In this document: positions 63,472-64,000 of the stretch, piece by piece | How the letters are laid out: every line of letters starts with the position of its first letter | Position numbering within the stretch: the first letter of the stretch is position 1 | Origin: Ancylonema sp. | Lineage: Eukaryota | Assembly: GCA_050230475.1 (NCBI GenBank) | Contig: JBFLGF010000036.1 | Location: 1 to 64,000 of the forward strand | DNA length: 64,000 nt | Direction of reading: 5' to 3' | Program-made: the position numbers and the translations under genes | Notes under the pieces: model-generated | What the model was told of the DNA's origin: nothing | Database searches by the model: none | Seen by the model: only the letters and a program-made list of their open reading frames with translations

Positions 63472-64000
63472 TGTTGATGTGGGTCCCACTGCTGCAAAAT
63501 AAATTTGTTTTTAATCTTTTGTGCGGGTGTGATGAATCTCAACAACGCAAGATGCTCTTCCGCTCAAGAAATGTTCGGATGTAGGGCAGCTTGGCAATCA
63601 TCATGTTCTTTGTTCCCAGTGTACGTTGGTATGCTTTTTTAAACCGTCTCTAGCAATCACTTTGGAGAGTGGTAACGTGCAAGTCAAGTGTGCATGTAGC
63701 CTCCATGTGCCTAATATGGCACGTGCCTAACACAGCGCAAGCTTAATATATTGATAGCAAGAGCTTACAGAAGGTTCACACGAGTATACAGTTTGCAAAA
63801 CAATTGGAAAGTTTTCACGGGTTGAAGTAACTGCGTTTTAGTTCATGTGTCCAATCAGCCACTGTCAAGCGTGTCAACATTCGTGTGGAGCATGTTGTGC
63901 ATCTATGAACGTAGCATACTTGAAATAAATTGGCATCAATTTTTATTACGTTTTTTGTCTACTTTTTAGTTGCAAGTCGCGCAATCGCAATCCGAACATC

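Overview
Eukaryotic nuclear DNA, most likely from a streptophyte green alga or early-diverging plant (inferred from gene content; short GT-AG introns, GC-rich exons). Intron-containing genes: an ARK-type kinesin without armadillo repeats, plastid SBPase, MO25/CAB39, two tandem AP-2 mu subunit copies, a PRUNE/PPX1 exopolyphosphatase, a D-amino-acid transaminase/ADC-lyase, oligopeptidase B, an LDIP-like lipid-droplet protein, and a ZCCHC8-like NEXT subunit with an in-frame stop in one exon. Intergenic space holds nested Ty1/copia remnants, a 6-kb degenerate copia element, a solo LTR with TSD and a visible empty site, a pogo-like element, MITEs, a cox1 NUMT and several 7-8-mer tandem arrays. Most notable: (i) many repeats are patched with 20-600 bp templated fragments of unrelated DNA, including three antisense, collinear fragments of another copia inside the 6-kb element; (ii) all four PPT/LTR junctions sit in the loop of a stem, and the arms co-vary between two related elements; (iii) the AP2M duplication shows a conversion-like tract and a post-duplication LTR. 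Exon boundaries were read by eye; several 5' ends are uncertain.
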